From assembly GCF_006345805.1 (NCBI RefSeq), contig NC_042998.1, forward strand, positions 85,498,001 through 85,562,000: a stretch of DNA of 64,000 nt, given 5' to 3'. Every line of letters starts with the position of its first letter. Position 1 is the stretch's first letter. Made by a program: the position numbers and the translations under genes. The stretch is from Octopus sinensis. Its lineage: Eukaryota. Below, piece after piece: positions 1-13,515 of this stretch. The notes beneath the pieces were generated by a model. That model did no database searches and was not told the origin of the DNA. It saw nothing but the letters and a program-made list of their open reading frames with translations.

Positions 1-59
1 ACAGCAAAAAGTCTCAGTTATTCGTTACTGCCTCCATGGAGCCAAACACTTGAAAGCTG

Positions 60-628
60 TTTTTCACATGCACTCTACTTTGGCCATCTAGCCTCTGTGA
101 GGTCCAATGCTCGAAAGGTGCTTTTTACATGCCACTGGCACAGATGCCAGTTATATGATACCAGCATCAGCCATGACCATGATTTCACTTGGCTTGACAG
201 GTCTTCTTAAGCACAGCATATCACGAAAGGTCTGTCACCAATCATTGCCTCTGTGAGACCCAAAAGTTCGAAGATCATGCTTCACCACCTTGTCCCATGT
301 CTTCCTGGGTCTTCTCAAGCACAGCATATCTCCAAAGGTCTCGGTTGCTTGTCATTGCCCCTGTGAGGCCCAATGTTCAAAGGTTATGCTTCGCCACCTT
401 ATCCCATGTCTTCCTGGGTTTACTACTTCCACAGCCTCCCTTCACTGTTAGGGTGTGACCACTTCTTCACATAGCTGTCCTCATCCATATGCATCACATG
501 ACCATACCAGCACAGTTGTCTCTCTTGCACACCACATCTGATGCTTCATATGCCCAACTTTTCTCTCAGGGCCACTTCCACTGTTGTGTATGCACACTGA
601 TGTTACACATCCATCAGAGGCTTCTTGG
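60..628 (-). mobile_element. RTE-clade LINE 3' fragment (ORF2 C-terminus plus part of 3'UTR), decayed
   Basis: The minus strand resembles the C-terminus of the 49211-50359 ORF (IRCGVQERQLCWYGHVMHMDEDS; PRKTWDKV..H.L.TLGLT). The last ~109 bp of the ORF are present twice (200-310, 308-419). Confidence 0.8.
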
Positions 629-671
629 ATATATATATATAACCTTGGATCGTAGAGTGACCCGCTGTTCT

Positions 672-1068
672 TGAGGAGACCTATTGAGTCAAGTACGTCA
701 ACACCAACATCAAAATAAAAATCAAATGGAAATTGTAATTTAGACACCTGTGCCGGTGACACGTAAAAAGCACCGTCTGAACGTGGCAGATGCCAGTGCC
801 GCCTGACTGGCATCCGTGTCGGTGACACGTAAAAGCACCAACCGATTGTGGCCATTTGCCAGCCTCCTCTGGCCCCTGTGCAGGTGGCACATAAAAAGTA
901 CCCACTGCACTCACGTAGCAGTTGGTGTTAGGCAGGGCATCCAGCTCGTAGAAGCACTGCCAAATCAGACTGGAGCGTGGTGCAGCCTCCATGGCTTATC
1001 AGACCCTGGTCGAACCGTCCAACCCATGCTAGCATGGAAAACGGAGTTAAATGATGATGATGATGATA
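672..1068 (+). mobile_element. RTE 3'UTR/tail-only copy
   Basis: Same gtg(c/t)c-ggt-g(g/a)cac repeat units and terminal 'catgctagcatggaaaacgga..ttaaa(tga)n' as the 3' ends of the long RTEs. Confidence 0.8.
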
Positions 1069-1380
1069 TATATATATATACATACACATACACACACATA
1101 CACACACACAAATACATAAAGGTGCATGGCCTAGAGGTTAAAGTGTTGCTCGCATAATTTGTAGATCATGGGTTCATAATTTGTAGATCATGGATCTAGC
1201 AGCACATTGTGTTCTTGAACAAAACACTTCATTTCATGTTGCTCCAGTCCACTTAGCTGTAAATAGTTAACCCTGCGATGGAATAGTCTTGTGATTAGGG
1301 GGAGTGTTGGCCTGCTAAAACAATGCAAGGCACATTGTGACCAACGATGTATAACAAAATCTGATAGTCTGATTAATACC

Positions 1381-1590
1381 ATCATCATCATCATCATTAT
1401 CTGATGTCCATTATCCATGCTGGCATGGGTTGGATGGTTATTACAGAATTTAGCAAGCTGGAAAGCCACACCAGGCTCCAATTGTCTGTTGTGGCATGGT
1501 TTCTATATCTAGATGCCCTTCCTAATGCCAACCACTTTACAGAGTGTAATGGGTGTATTTTATGTGCCACTGGCATGAGACCATCATGTG
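1381..1590 (-). mobile_element. RTE tail copy
   Basis: (cat)n followed by 'tccatgctggcatgggttggatgg...gatgcccttcctaatgccaaccact', the reverse complement of the RTE tail. Confidence 0.75.
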
Positions 1591-2239
1591 TGTGTGTGTG
1601 CACACATACACAATTTACACTATTTTTGTTACAACCAATGGCGCATGTAGTTGATCAGGATTCTGTCCCATCTTAATGCAATGGTAGTTGGAATTGTACA
1701 CTGGGCTTAAGTTGTTTTAATCTGAAATAGATTAGCTCTTTCCAGAGATATCTTATAACCTACTAACTGGTAATGAAACTAGATGGCCTAGTGAAAAGGC
1801 TACTGGGCTCATGATTAATTTTGTAGACTGGGTGGCACATTGTGTTATTGGCCAACCTGACCTAGGACTGCAATTTGATTGAAGGGGTGAGTTGCACAAG
1901 CTAAGTGTGTCTTGCTGCAGAGCACTACCTTGCGGGTAAGTACAGGATATCATTGAGCTTTTGTGGCAACACCACCTTGGATAATGATCCACTGATTTCA
2001 CAGCCTCTCTTTTAAACTGTACAGATATGAAGATAGTCAAATAAAGACAACAGAAGTCTTCATCCTGGGACCAACTTTTCTAGGTTACATTTTTTTCACT
2101 CTATTTCCAAGAAAAGGGCATTTGTTCAAGATTTTGGTTATGGGACCATCTATAATGTTGTTCCTATGTACATACTTAAATGCACACACATATATATATA
2201 TATGTATGTATACATGTTTATATATATATATATATATAT

Positions 2240-2590
2240 GGAGGCACAATGGCCCAGTGGTTAGGGCAGCAGACTTGTGGTCATAGGATTGCAGTTTCAA
2301 TTCCCAGATGGGCATTGTGTGTATTGAGCAAAAACACCTATTGCTCCACAAGGCTCCAGCAGAGGGTGGTGGTGAACCCTGCTGTACTCTTTCACCACTA
2401 TTTTCTCTCACTTTTCTTCCTGCTTCTGTTGCACCTGTATTTCGAAGGGCCAGCTTTGTCACACTGAATCTCTCTGAGAACTATGTTAAGGGTATACATG
2501 TCTGTGGAGTGCTCAACCACTTGCACGTTAATTTCACGAGCAGGCTGTTCCATTGATTGGATCAACTGGAACCCTCATCATCATAACCAA
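2240..2590 (+). mobile_element. tRNA-derived SINE (family A)
   Basis: tRNA-like head with A-box-like 'tggcccagtggttagg' and B-box-like 'gtttcaattccc', followed by a non-tRNA body; flanked by (TA)n. Confidence 0.65.
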
Positions 2591-2949
2591 CAGACACACA
2601 TATAGTCTCAAGCCTGTATGGTATTCACTTCCCAGCCATATGTTTCCATGTTCAACTCTGCTGTATGGCACCTTGGGCAAGTATTGCCCTGAGCCAAGCA
2701 AAGGCTTGTGAGTGGATTGGATACACGGAAACCAAAAGAAGTCAATCATGTACATGTGTGTGTGTGTGTGTGTGTGTGTTACTTGTGTTGACATCATCTT
2801 ATAGTTGTAAACAAATGTCGCTGTCATCCATGTAGTCATCATTATCTGTTATTTTAAATCTGGGTTTTGTCCCCATTAATGGAGGTGGCCGAATCTACCT
2901 CAATGCCATAGCAACTGCCCTACACCAGCTCGCTATCTTGCCTGGTTTG

Positions 2950-3225
2950 GGGCATCTTCCCTTCTCAAGCCAACCCTCTCAATCTTCTCCTCCCCTGTCC
3001 CCTCCACATTTTCTTCAGTCTACCTAGCTTTTGCTGTCCATTTACCTCAAACTCTAGCACCGTCTTCAGAATATGCTCCCTATCCCTCAACACATGCCCA
3101 TACCACTGCACTCCATTCACTATTGCCAGCCATTCCACTGATTCCTCCAACTCCAGCATCCCCATCAAGTCCTCAGTCCTCCTCTTATCAAACAGCCTCA
3201 TGCCATACATTTCTTTCACCATTGC
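2950..3225 (-). mobile_element. Old RTE ORF2 C-terminal fragment (different subfamily)
   Basis: ORF 2965..3222 reads NGVQWYGHVLRDREHILKTVLEFEVNGQQKLGRLKKMW, matching the RTE W(Y/F)GHV.R...G.R..GRP.K.W motif. Confidence 0.8.
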
Positions 3226-3606
3226 TCTCTCAGGTAGGGGGGCTCTGAAAGGGATCTCAGGGAGTAGTGTCCCTGCCTTCCTGAGCTAGTTTTCCACCAC
3301 ATTTCTTAAAAATCATGGTAGAGGCCTTAGTATCGGGACTACTTATGTCTAGAAACTGAGGTTGGAGGTAAGCAATGGCATGCTCCCTGTAGAAAATTCC
3401 AGCTCCAAAAAATCCTCATCCAAGTAGTGTTTTTTGTTCTTAATCTTCCATGAAAACATGTCTGATTATGGAGAAATATTACCTTACTTAGAAATAAGTG
3501 AGGGTTGGTAACAAGAAGGGCATCTGGCTTTAGAAAATCTACCTTAATAAATTCTGTCTGACTCATGCAAGCATGGAAAATTGAAAGCTAATGCAGTGAT
3601 GAAGTA

Positions 3607-3880
3607 TGATTGTGTGGTAAGAAGCTTGCTTTCCAGCCACATGGTTCTGGGTTCAGTTCCACTGTATTGCATTTTGGGCAAGTATTTTCTACAGTAGCTC
3701 TGGGCCAAACACTGCTTTGTGAGTGAATATAGGAGGTGGGAACTGTGTGGAAACTCAGTGTGTGTGTGTGTGTATATATATATACATTCACACACACATA
3801 CACACACACACACATATTCCAGACAGTGCTCCAGAATTGCCATAGTCCAATGACTGACATAAGTAAAATATAAAAGATAT
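3607..3880 (+). mobile_element. tRNA-derived SINE (family B, the most abundant in the window)
   Basis: Head 'tgtgtggtaagaagcttgct...catggttctgggttcagttccactg', internal (TG)n, tail 'gtcaaatgactgaaacaagtaaaa'. Other full or partial copies lie near 2596-2790(-), 7590-8125(-), 17170-17565(-), 25260-25620(+), 30785-31165(-), 37800-37970(+), 41190-41460(-), 41775-42310(+), 54310-54690(-), 54705-54960(+), 63050-63370(-). Confidence 0.75.
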
Positions 3881-3938
3881 CACTATCTATTATCTATTTT
3901 TCTGCTTGTCTCTCTCTCTCTGCTTACATATGTGTGTG

Positions 3939-3976
<38 letters not shown>

Positions 3977-5914
3977 CACACACACACACGCTTACATATA
4001 TATGAATAAATTGTAAATTAATATATTCAGTTACTATATCAAACGTTTGTAAACAATAATTCAGATGCAAAAAAAATAACGATGTCCCTCCTGCTGACAG
4101 GTATCAAACCACTCCTCTTTTGCTTAACTGGTGGCAAAATTGTATGTACGTATGTCTACACATATGTATGTGTTTGTATATGTTTCTATGTGTCATTTAG
4201 TATGTTTTTATTGTTTTTTTTTTTACTGTTTTACTCTTTTGCCAGCAAATAATATAAACTAGAGCATATGTATAAGTATAAAACACACACATACACAATC
4301 AGACACATACACACAGACAATCAAACTTACACACAGAGCGATGAGCATTTGTGTGTGTGTGTGTGTGTGTTTGAGGTGGGGCTCGGGTTCGGGGTGTGTC
4401 TGTGTTTGTGTGTTAGTATTTGTGGTGTGTGTGTGTGTACCAAGAGAAACTTCCAGTTTTGAAGGTAGAATAGATTGTCTGGTTAACTTTATAGCTGACA
4501 GTAATCTTACTGATCTGTTAGGAAAGATCAGTTAATGATATTGATTATGTCTGGTTATATAAATAGGCCAAATATTAATGTTTCCTCTGCATAACAAAGT
4601 AGAGAGTTGTTATTTATGGCTTCTGTTTTATATGATCAATGTCTGTGAAATGTAGTCAGTTAAGCAAGCTAATTGACGACTGAGCTGAAGATGGTAAGAG
4701 TTCAATATCAGCTGACTGTACAATTTAGGATTTTCGTTGTACAATAAATTTATTGAGTTTCACCTCCAATAAAACTTGTTAAGAGTTTAGTTTATGCTTA
4801 AATTTTTACCTAATCAACTGAAGTTGCACACAATGGCTGCAAGGTTATGAGTTTAGAACCTTACTGCACCTACTATACATTTGTGTGCAAGTGCAAATAT
4901 GTGTGTGTGTAGATCTGTGCTTGTGTGCAATTGTGTGTATGCGTGCTTAAGTGTGTGTGTGCATGCAAGTGTATGAGGTGTGTGTGTGTCTGTCTGCTTT
5001 CTGGTGGTCCCTGGGCAAACCATATTTCTTGCTGAGGTCATAGGTACTGCCACTTCCTCTAGAAGGGGCAGTGCCTATCACCTTTGCAGATCCTCTGAGA
5101 TGAATGGGGCTCAACCATTAATGTTCCATTTAAATTGTTGTAGGTCAACAGCTGCTTCTGTATCTTTCAGGGGTATCTAGTCAAAGGAAATCACACCTGC
5201 TAAAGTGTATCTTTAAGGGTCAAAGGGTTAAATTTAGTGATCTTCATTGTAAGATATTTGTTATAAAATAATTTTAATTGAGCTCCATTTCCAATTAGAC
5301 TTGTGTCAGATTTCAGACAATCTATATTTGTCTAATGAAATAAAACCAAGCACAAAAGATGTAAGATTAGTGGGTGTGAGTTCAAATCTTACTGTAGTAA
5401 TTGATTTTTTGTTTTTGTCTCTGAGTAAAGTACATAACTGTTTACTAGACTGATAAAACAGGTTCTACTCTTACTTCACTGTATTATGACTAAAAGTAGA
5501 AAAGTATTCAAAAGTAAAAACAACTGTTTCAGAAATATCATCTTACCAATGCTAGCATGAAAAGAATGGATGTAAAAGAACAAAAATTGAAACTGAACTG
5601 TTACTTATGTGTTGTAATATACTGACTGGCCAAAACTATTTTCCTCAGAGATTATGTGCCTCTAGCCAACAAGACTGATAAGTCACTTATACAGCTAAAA
5701 ACTTTAAAGGTGTGAAACCAAGGGTAACTCTCTGACTGGCCATAACCAACAACTATATTTAATATATTAAAAAATTATTAATATATTACAGTGGGGTAGG
5801 CCAGTTTATGGGGTAACCAGGTAACCACAATATAATAATAACTGTTCTACATCTTAGAGTTTGCTTCTCCTCCAGATTTATGTATTTCTACAAGCAATAT
5901 ATATATATATATAT

Positions 5915-6112
5915 AGTTAATCCAAACAAGAAAGCACAAAAAAACACAACAATGCGAGGACGTGGAACAAATATAGTATTATTGGACGCTAAGGAAAGAA
6001 GGAGGGTTTAACGTTTCGAGTGGAGCTCTTCGTCGGAAACATAGGAGAAGGAAAGATCCAGAGAAGAGAAGACAGAGGAAAAAAATCGCCAACGGTACAC
6101 ACGAAGTCACAT
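5915..6112 (-). mobile_element. Penelope-like-type short repeat containing a minimal hammerhead-like motif (6006-6040)
   Basis: Minus strand reads gttt CCGACGA a gag ctcca ctc GAAAC gtt aaac and abuts (TA)n. A truncated relative begins near 62940. Confidence 0.5.
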
Positions 6113-6761
6113 TTTGATATATACACATATCATACCTAATAACTGTATAGATTGTGTTCCCTGTTGATTGACAGGCTTCTAATATTGAATATGCAGTTAA
6201 ACACCTATAATATGTAAATCAAGTGGTCTCGGTTCTCTAGAGCTGCTAGATTTGATGTGTATATAAACAGATTGGCTACTTGTTTTCCTGAGATTGGCCA
6301 TGTGATGTAGACACCTGATGAGACCCCAATAAGAGTCAAAAATTGATTAAGGCTGTTCATCATTTTTTCATTCTTTGGAGAAATAGATAAATTTGACATA
6401 TTAGTGTACCTACTACATGATTTTACATATATATATATATATATGTATGTATGTCTTCAGTCTCTGGAGCCAGTTTATGTTCCGTTAGATTCTTGTTTAC
6501 CTGATGAATTGAATTAATATTTATTTCTATCACCAGACACTCCAACTTCTATAAAAGATGAATTATTCCTTTTATCACACTTCATATGATGTAGTCTATT
6601 ATTTGGATATGAACATACTTAGTCTACCTTTGAAGAGATTATTCAGTTCAAACAAAAGTTAATGTTTGAGCTTTTGTATCTCCTCAGATTCTCTCTATGC
6701 CTATTTTACAAAGTATATATATATCATTCATCATTTAACGTCCACTTTCCATGCTAGCATG

Positions 6762-6814
<53 letters not shown>

Positions 6815-7922
6815 AGTACACTTGATGAAAAAAATATTAAGATATCTTAAAACTGCAAAGGTGTTCTGTCTGCTTCAGGGCCACAAAATACTTCAGCTCT
6901 GACCAGTTGTTAACACTCTCTGTACAGCTCATGTAAATTACCTCAATGTGGTACTGTTCAAATATATGGAACAATGTTACTCCTTTACATATACACACAC
7001 ACACACACATCTTAGGCAGCATTTAAAAAGAAGACTGTCTAATTGGCAAATACTCTCTCACCTATGTTTTTCCTAGTGCATCAATCCGCAGGAATTTCCT
7101 TCTCATCCACAATTTTCCTGTTGGTGTAATTGACAGTTATTCAGGATGAGCATTAATTCTATCAATTTCACAAGTTTCCAATGGCTTGCAAAGATCGCAG
7201 TCACTGTCTCACCCCATGACAAAGTCATATAAAAGAGTGCTGTTCTGTTGTGCTGATAAGAACATAGAAACAGGGGAAACAACTCCAGTGTTAATTGCCT
7301 GGTTATCTATGCAGCTCTCTAGCAGAGAAAAGATGTAAAAGGTGCTTGAGCCTGCCAGTGGAAGCTATCTTAAAGTGAGGCTTAGGAGAAACAAGAAATG
7401 CATTGAAGCTCCAGTAGGCAGTCTTTGCATTTAAACTCATTGAAGAACACAAGAGGTTCCTATCCTAATAATATGATAAGCAACCTTGTTAATGTAAGTT
7501 TAAACCCCAGATGATTTTTGCATCAAGATTAAGAATGGTTACAATCACATGAAGATTTCCTATGCAAGATTATAACCTTTTATCTTTAGTCAGTAGACTG
7601 CCACCATGCTGGGACACCACCTTGAAGAATCGTTAGTCAAAGCAATCGTAGCCAGTACTTTTTTTTGAAGCCTAGTATTAATTTTATGAGCCTCTTTTGC
7701 CAAACCACTAAGTTAAAAGAATGTAAACACACAAACATTGGTTGCTAAGTGGTGTGGAAGACAGACACAGACACTAAGACACACACATACACACATGATG
7801 GGTTTCTCTTTGTTTCCATCTACCAAAATCCACTCACAAAGCTTCAGTCAGCCTGAAGCTATAGTTGAAGACACTTGTCCAAAGTGCCTCAGAGTTGGGA
7901 AGAAAACTTCTTGCAACACAAC

Positions 7923-8091
7923 CACTAGCGTAGCTAAGATGGGGCTGTAGGGGCGGTCCACCTGGGTGGCACTTTTAAAGGGGCACCACTTTTGGGTCCG
8001 CTGCAGGCGGTATGTGTTTTTTGAGGGGTCTGGGGGGGGGGGCGAAAAATAGAAGGGCCGCCCCAGGCAGTACACACTGCCTACACTAGTG
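7923..8091. mobile_element. hAT-type MITE inserted into a family-B SINE
   Basis: TIRs cactagcgtag / ctacactagtg; 8-bp TSD aacacaac (7915-7922) / cacacaac (8092-8099); GC-rich. Confidence 0.75.
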
Positions 8092-8722
8092 CACACAACC
8101 ATGCCTGCACCTATTACAGATATCTTGTGGAAAAGAAAACAAAAAAAAAAATTCTTCTTCAGCATATCTTCCTAGATGTAGATTTACAGCACTTAGTTTT
8201 GTTCCTCTGTTTTCTGGGTTCAAAGATTTTCTTCCTCCTGGGATGATGAAATAATATTCAGGGTATTTTCTGATTATTATTTAAATTTGGTTGTATGCTC
8301 ACCTATACACCACCTCCCTTGCAAATTTTAGGCTTTGTAGTAAGAAAGGAAATCAATATTATGTCTGGAAATCTAATAATGGCTACATCAAGAATGTATC
8401 AGATTTTATCGTGACTTTATCATATATAAAACATCATATGTATGTATGTGCATGCTTGTGTGTGGGTGTGTGTGTATGTGTGCAACTATGTATGCTTGTG
8501 TGTGTGTATGTGTGCAACTATGTATGCTTGTGTGTGTTCTTGTGGGCTTGATCACATCAACAAGGTTTTAACATACTAAATATAATAGTAAGTACTTCAG
8601 GAACTAGAGTTAACTATATAAATTTATTTGTGACTAGTTTTAAAAAAAATCAAAAGGAGTGGAACAGGATTGTAAATCTTTTAAGTTAGTTTGAAAGAAA
8701 CAGATATGAGTGTGTGTGTGTG

Positions 8723-8760
<38 letters not shown>

Positions 8761-9269
8761 CCTCTCTCTCTCCATTTCTCTCTCTCCCTCCCCCTCTCTC
8801 TCACTTTCTCCCCCCTCTCTACGTGTGTTTGTGTTGGTATGTATCTCCTCAACTACTCTCATCCACCTCCCTATATAGTAGAAGTTAGCCATGTATCCCC
8901 TCCATTGCAAGACACCTATGTTTGTCTCTCTATCTTACTTTAGCCTTTTAGCATCAGGCATAACGCAACCTTCCCCTCTTAAACACCCCCTATTTAGTGG
9001 AAGCTTTTTCCCTTACCTCTTCATGTTCTTCTTCTGTCTTGCAAGTTACCAGCAACCAAACTAGTGCCTGTAGCACAGAAGACGTGCACAGTACATTCTA
9101 TAAAGTGGTTGGTGTTAGGAGGGGCAACTAGGCATAGAAATCATGCTAAAACTGACAAGGGAGCTTGATGCAGCCTTGCAGCTTGCTGGATCCTGTCAAA
9201 CCATCCAACTCAAGCCACCATGGAAGAGTATCATTTCAAATGCCTTCCCCAGGTCAAAAAAAAGTGATG

Positions 9270-9845
9270 AATAATGGTTTAACTCTTAGCCAAGTATTTC
9301 TCCTGTAGTTGTCTCACTAGGAAGATTGCATTTGTAGTACTTCTTCCATGTACAAAACCAAACTGCATTTCATCCAGATTTATTCTGTCACAAGTCAGTT
9401 GTGCTGTGACATTCCCTGTGACCTTCCATAACCTCTTTCTGTAATTTAATTACTCTATAAATGCTTCTTTCAAAGGCATTTTCTTTGCCTTTGTAGCAGT
9501 TTACAATGTTATTACTACACCACTCTTTTATGACTTAATTTATTATCTGGGTGGTAATCCTGTACCTTACCACACTAGATATTTTGAACATCTCCACATC
9601 TATCCCAGATGACTTTGAAGCTTTTCAGCTTTTCATCTCCTTGATCACCTTATCTGCGCTTGTGTCAACTCAAATTGCTGTAGGGTCTTTACAAGGAAGC
9701 TCCTCTTCATCCCATTCAGTCTCCTCATTCAGTAGCTTCTCATAATGGCACGTCCATGTCACTTTCTTATCTGCCATATCAGTTGCAAGTCTGCTTTCAT
9801 CATTCCGAATACACTTTTCACCAATGACATCTCAGCTCTCTCTCA
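9270..9845 (-). mobile_element. Old RTE reverse-transcriptase fragment
   Basis: Minus-strand translation gives DVIGEKCIRND..W.CHYEKLLNEE and CYKGK..YR.IKL..INLDEMQFGFVHGRSTTNAIFLVRQLQEKYLAK, with stops. Confidence 0.85.
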
Positions 9846-9879
9846 CACACTGCTTTTTAATCCTAAACACAGAGAATGG

Positions 9880-9978
9880 TATCTCATACCTGAGAAGATG
9901 GTGAAGCATTTGTACACATCTCTTCCTAGGCACATTGAAGCAATTATTCAAGCCAAGGGAAGCCACATGAAATATTAA
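9880..9978 (+). mobile_element. Tc1-like transposase C-terminal remnant
   Basis: KHLYTSLPRHIEAIIQAKGSHMKY* matches the Tc1 L..SMP.R..AVI.AKG..TKY C-terminus. Confidence 0.75.
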
Positions 9979-10544
9979 CAATATACAGTAATTTCTTGAA
10001 ATTAACATTATATAATAAATTTTCATTATAGACATTTTTCTGTTTTAAAACACTGTATCTTGATTGGTTTATGTGAGGTGGCAAAAAACTTTTTCACAAC
10101 CATTTTTAGCGGTCATCTCGCATCCCCCCTTACATTCAGAACCCCTACAAAAAGATATAATGATTAGGTATGGAAATGACTCCAACAGGGCCAATGCAAA
10201 ACACAATGCAAAGCATCAACTTATAAGTTGGCAATTAGTAGAAATTTGCTGTACTGTACATATGTGCATGAATGAAAAGATATATGATATAAAATGGAAT
10301 TAACGACATTCTTTATTTAAGATCACTACAATTATTTTTTTGATGCATTTTTACATCTTTAGTACATGTTAAGCATTTTCTATCATGTATATAAACTCTA
10401 CAGATACTATGGAATTCCTGATGTATATTCTGTAACAGGAGCATTTCCACTCTTTGATGACATCAGATAGCCAATAATTGTGGATGAGGTTTCCATAGCA
10501 TTCTACAAGATCTATACCCGAATCTTATTTAACTATGTACATCA

Positions 10545-11400
10545 TCATCATCATCATCGTCAGTTAACGTCCACTTTCCATGCTGGCATGGGTTAGACAT
10601 TTTGACTGAGTATTGGCAAGCTGGGCAGCTGCACCAGGCTCCAATCTGATTTGGCAAGGTTTCTACAGCTGGAAGCCCTTCCTAATGTCAAACACTCCAA
10701 GAGTATTGTAGGTGCTTTAACATGTTACAAGCTTGGGAGCTACTCAGGTGGCTCTGGCATCGGCCATGCTCGAATGATGCTTTTTACATGCCAGCCAGGC
10801 AGCACTGGCATCGATCATGCTCAAATGATGCTTTTTATATTCCACTTGTATGGGTGCCAGTCAGGCAGCACTGACATCGACCACACTCAAATGATGCATC
10901 CTATGTGCCAGTCAAACAGCACTGGCATCGGCCATGGCAATGATTTCACTCAGTTCAACAGGTCTTCACAAGCATGACATATTGCTCAATGATTGAAGGG
11001 TGCTTTTAAATGGGCCAGTAACATGTAAAAGGCACCCACTACATTCTTGGACTGGTTGGCATTAGGAAGCGCATCCAGCCATAGAAACCAGGCCGAGGAA
11101 ATGTAAGGAACCAAGGATTGTGGAGATTTGCAGTACCTGAGAAGATATGTCAAACTAAGTAAAATCACTGTCATCCATACATAAAATGCATTTGTACTGG
11201 TGCTGCATAAATGTACCCCAGCCATTGGTATGTAAAAAGCACCCAGCACACTCTGTAAAGTGGTCGGCATTAGGAAGGGCATCCATCTGTATGAACCGTG
11301 CCACAACAGACAATTGAAGTATGGGCAGCTCCCCGGTGGGCCAGCCCCATGTCAGCGTGAAAAATGGATGTTAAACACTGATGAAGATGATGATGATGAT
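10545..11400. mobile_element. Divergently oriented RTE tail copies (minus copy ~10545-10975, plus copies ~11000-11400)
   Basis: (cat)n at the left end, (gat)n at the right end; shared 'tggttggcattaggaagggcatcc' tail motif on both strands. Confidence 0.65.
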
Positions 11401-11875
11401 ATGTAAGTGCACGTGTGTATGTATGTGGTGAGGAGGTTGTGCCTATTTGTCTGCACATTGCATGATGATTATAAATGAGTGTCACCACTATTCAAGCAAT
11501 GTTCTTTTGTGTTCAATCTTCTGAGAAAAACATATCCACCCATAGGGAGATACTATCTTGCTTAATAAATGGCAGTTGGTGACAGGAAGAGCACTTGTTC
11601 ATAGAAAATCAGCACCAAAGAGATCCATTTGATCCATGTAAGCATGGAAAAACAAACATTAAATACATATATTTATTTTATTTACACACACACTTATTTA
11701 TGTGTGTGTATACCATCACATTATTTTTACTTCTGCTTTCCATGTTGGCATGGGTTGGGCAGTATGTCATGGATCAAATCATTTCTTATTGGATATTTGT
11801 TCATGTCATTTGGGTTGGTTTTTATAGACATGGACACACATAAATACATATAGAAATATATAAACATTGTATTCA

Positions 11876-11931
<56 letters not shown>

Positions 11932-11969
11932 CAACCCTTGCTACATGGAAAACGGATGTTAACAATGAT

Positions 11970-12023
<54 letters not shown>

Positions 12024-12132
12024 TCAGTCAGCATTGCATTTTTCTGATCTGAATTTTATTTTTCTTCTCTATATAATGGTTTTCAATTTCTATGCCCGTA
12101 TGCCAAAGTCAAGAATCTTGTTCTATATTCAC

Positions 12133-12303
12133 AAACAATGGATTTTTTCTCCCTTAAGTAATGGATCAGGAATTTCTCAGAAGTAAGCTACATGGAAATA
12201 TATAAAAACGAAGAAACCTACATATTGGATTTTCTAATATACTTTTCTTCTGAAAATATTCCTGATCCACTGCTTCAAGGTAAAAAAAAAAAGTCCATTG
12301 TTT
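12133..12303. repeat. Imperfect fold-back (MITE-like relic), ~52-bp arms
   Basis: aaacaatgga...ccttaagtaatggatcaggaatttctcagaag versus cttctgaaaatattcctgatccactgcttcaagg...tccattgttt. Confidence 0.65.
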
Positions 12304-12632
12304 ACTATTATAGATCAGGTACTCTTAGCATTGGCACACAAGCATAGGAAATAAACAGCATTATATAAGAATTATAAAAATGAAATTTGAGTGACAAAAA
12401 AACAATCAGGGTAACTGAAATACAAATAAATGGTAAATGCAATGTTTTATATCAGTCTGCCTGTCTGTCTGTCTATGTATGTCATTCACTTATTCATTGA
12501 ATATCTACTTTTCCATGTTAACATGGGTTTAGATAGGGAGATATTAGGGCTGGATTTTACAACTGGTAGTTTTTCCTATCACTAACCTTTTGGTTTAGCT
12601 GGCCAAAACTTTGAACTCATTGTCAACAATAT

Positions 12633-12671
<39 letters not shown>

Positions 12672-12673
12672 GG

Positions 12674-12905
12674 TATACAAGCCAGCGAGCTGGCAGAGAT
12701 GTTAGCACACCGGGCGAAATGCATAGCCGTATTTCGTCTGTCGTTACGTTCCGAGTTAAAATTCTGCCGAGGTCGACTTTGCCTTTCATCCTTTCGGGGT
12801 CGATAAATAAAGTACCAGTTTCACACTGGGGTCAATGTAATCGACTTAATTCCTTTGTCTTTCCTTGTTTGTCCCCTCTATGTTTAGCCTCTTCTGGGCA
12901 GTAAA
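12674..12905 (+). mobile_element. tRNA-derived SINE (family C), young CpG-rich copy
   Basis: 'gcgagctggcag...gttccgagttaaaattctgccgaggtcgactttgcctttcatcctttcggggtcg'. Other copies at ~18110-18330, 43079-43289 and partial ~52960-53110. Confidence 0.7.
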
Positions 12906-12906
12906 G

Positions 12907-12963
<57 letters not shown>

Positions 12964-12973
12964 TATATGTATG

Positions 12974-13005
<32 letters not shown>

Positions 13006-13515
13006 AATTTATATATATATATCTGTATATATATATATATATATATAGCATAATTAAATCTCAGAATGAGATTGAAACAGTAATTGCTCGATATTAAAGT
13101 ATAGAAGCCATCTTTCATGGCAACTTCACACATTGAGAGGGGGTGTACTGTAGCTTTATAGCCCCAAGAGATCTTCGTCTCTAGCTGGCTTTAGACACAA
13201 ATCTTGTCCTTGCGACATCAGTGGCAGACGCCATTACAAAAACTTATATCTATTACAAAGGAGCCTTCTCTTTCAGCGCTACCTGGTGGTTACCGCCTGT
13301 TGACGAGGGACAACAATCCCGAAACTAGTTCGAGCGTATCACTCAGGCTTGCGAGGAAGGGATGGCCTCCCTTTGCAAATACTCCTGTTTAATTCTGAGA
13401 TCCACTCTGAATCGGCCAGCCCCAGAAGGAAAGAATGCAACGCAACAGAGATGAACATGAAACAAAATAAACTTTTTTGAAGACAGTAACGGTTAAAAAC
13501 ATGGATGACACAGGC

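Noticed and set aside
1-1070. Head-to-head RTE pieces as a twin-priming 5' inversion
   Set aside because: Both pieces include 3'UTR sequence, so they overlap in the template; two independent insertions are more likely.
2240-2320. tRNA-like sequences (also ~12680, 55370-55443)
   Set aside because: No complete cloverleaf; they continue into repeated SINE bodies, so they are SINE heads rather than tRNA genes.
6440-6720. Faint similarity on the minus strand to a restriction-like-endonuclease LINE C-terminus
   Set aside because: Too degenerate to support by eye; it needs TBLASTX/HMM confirmation.
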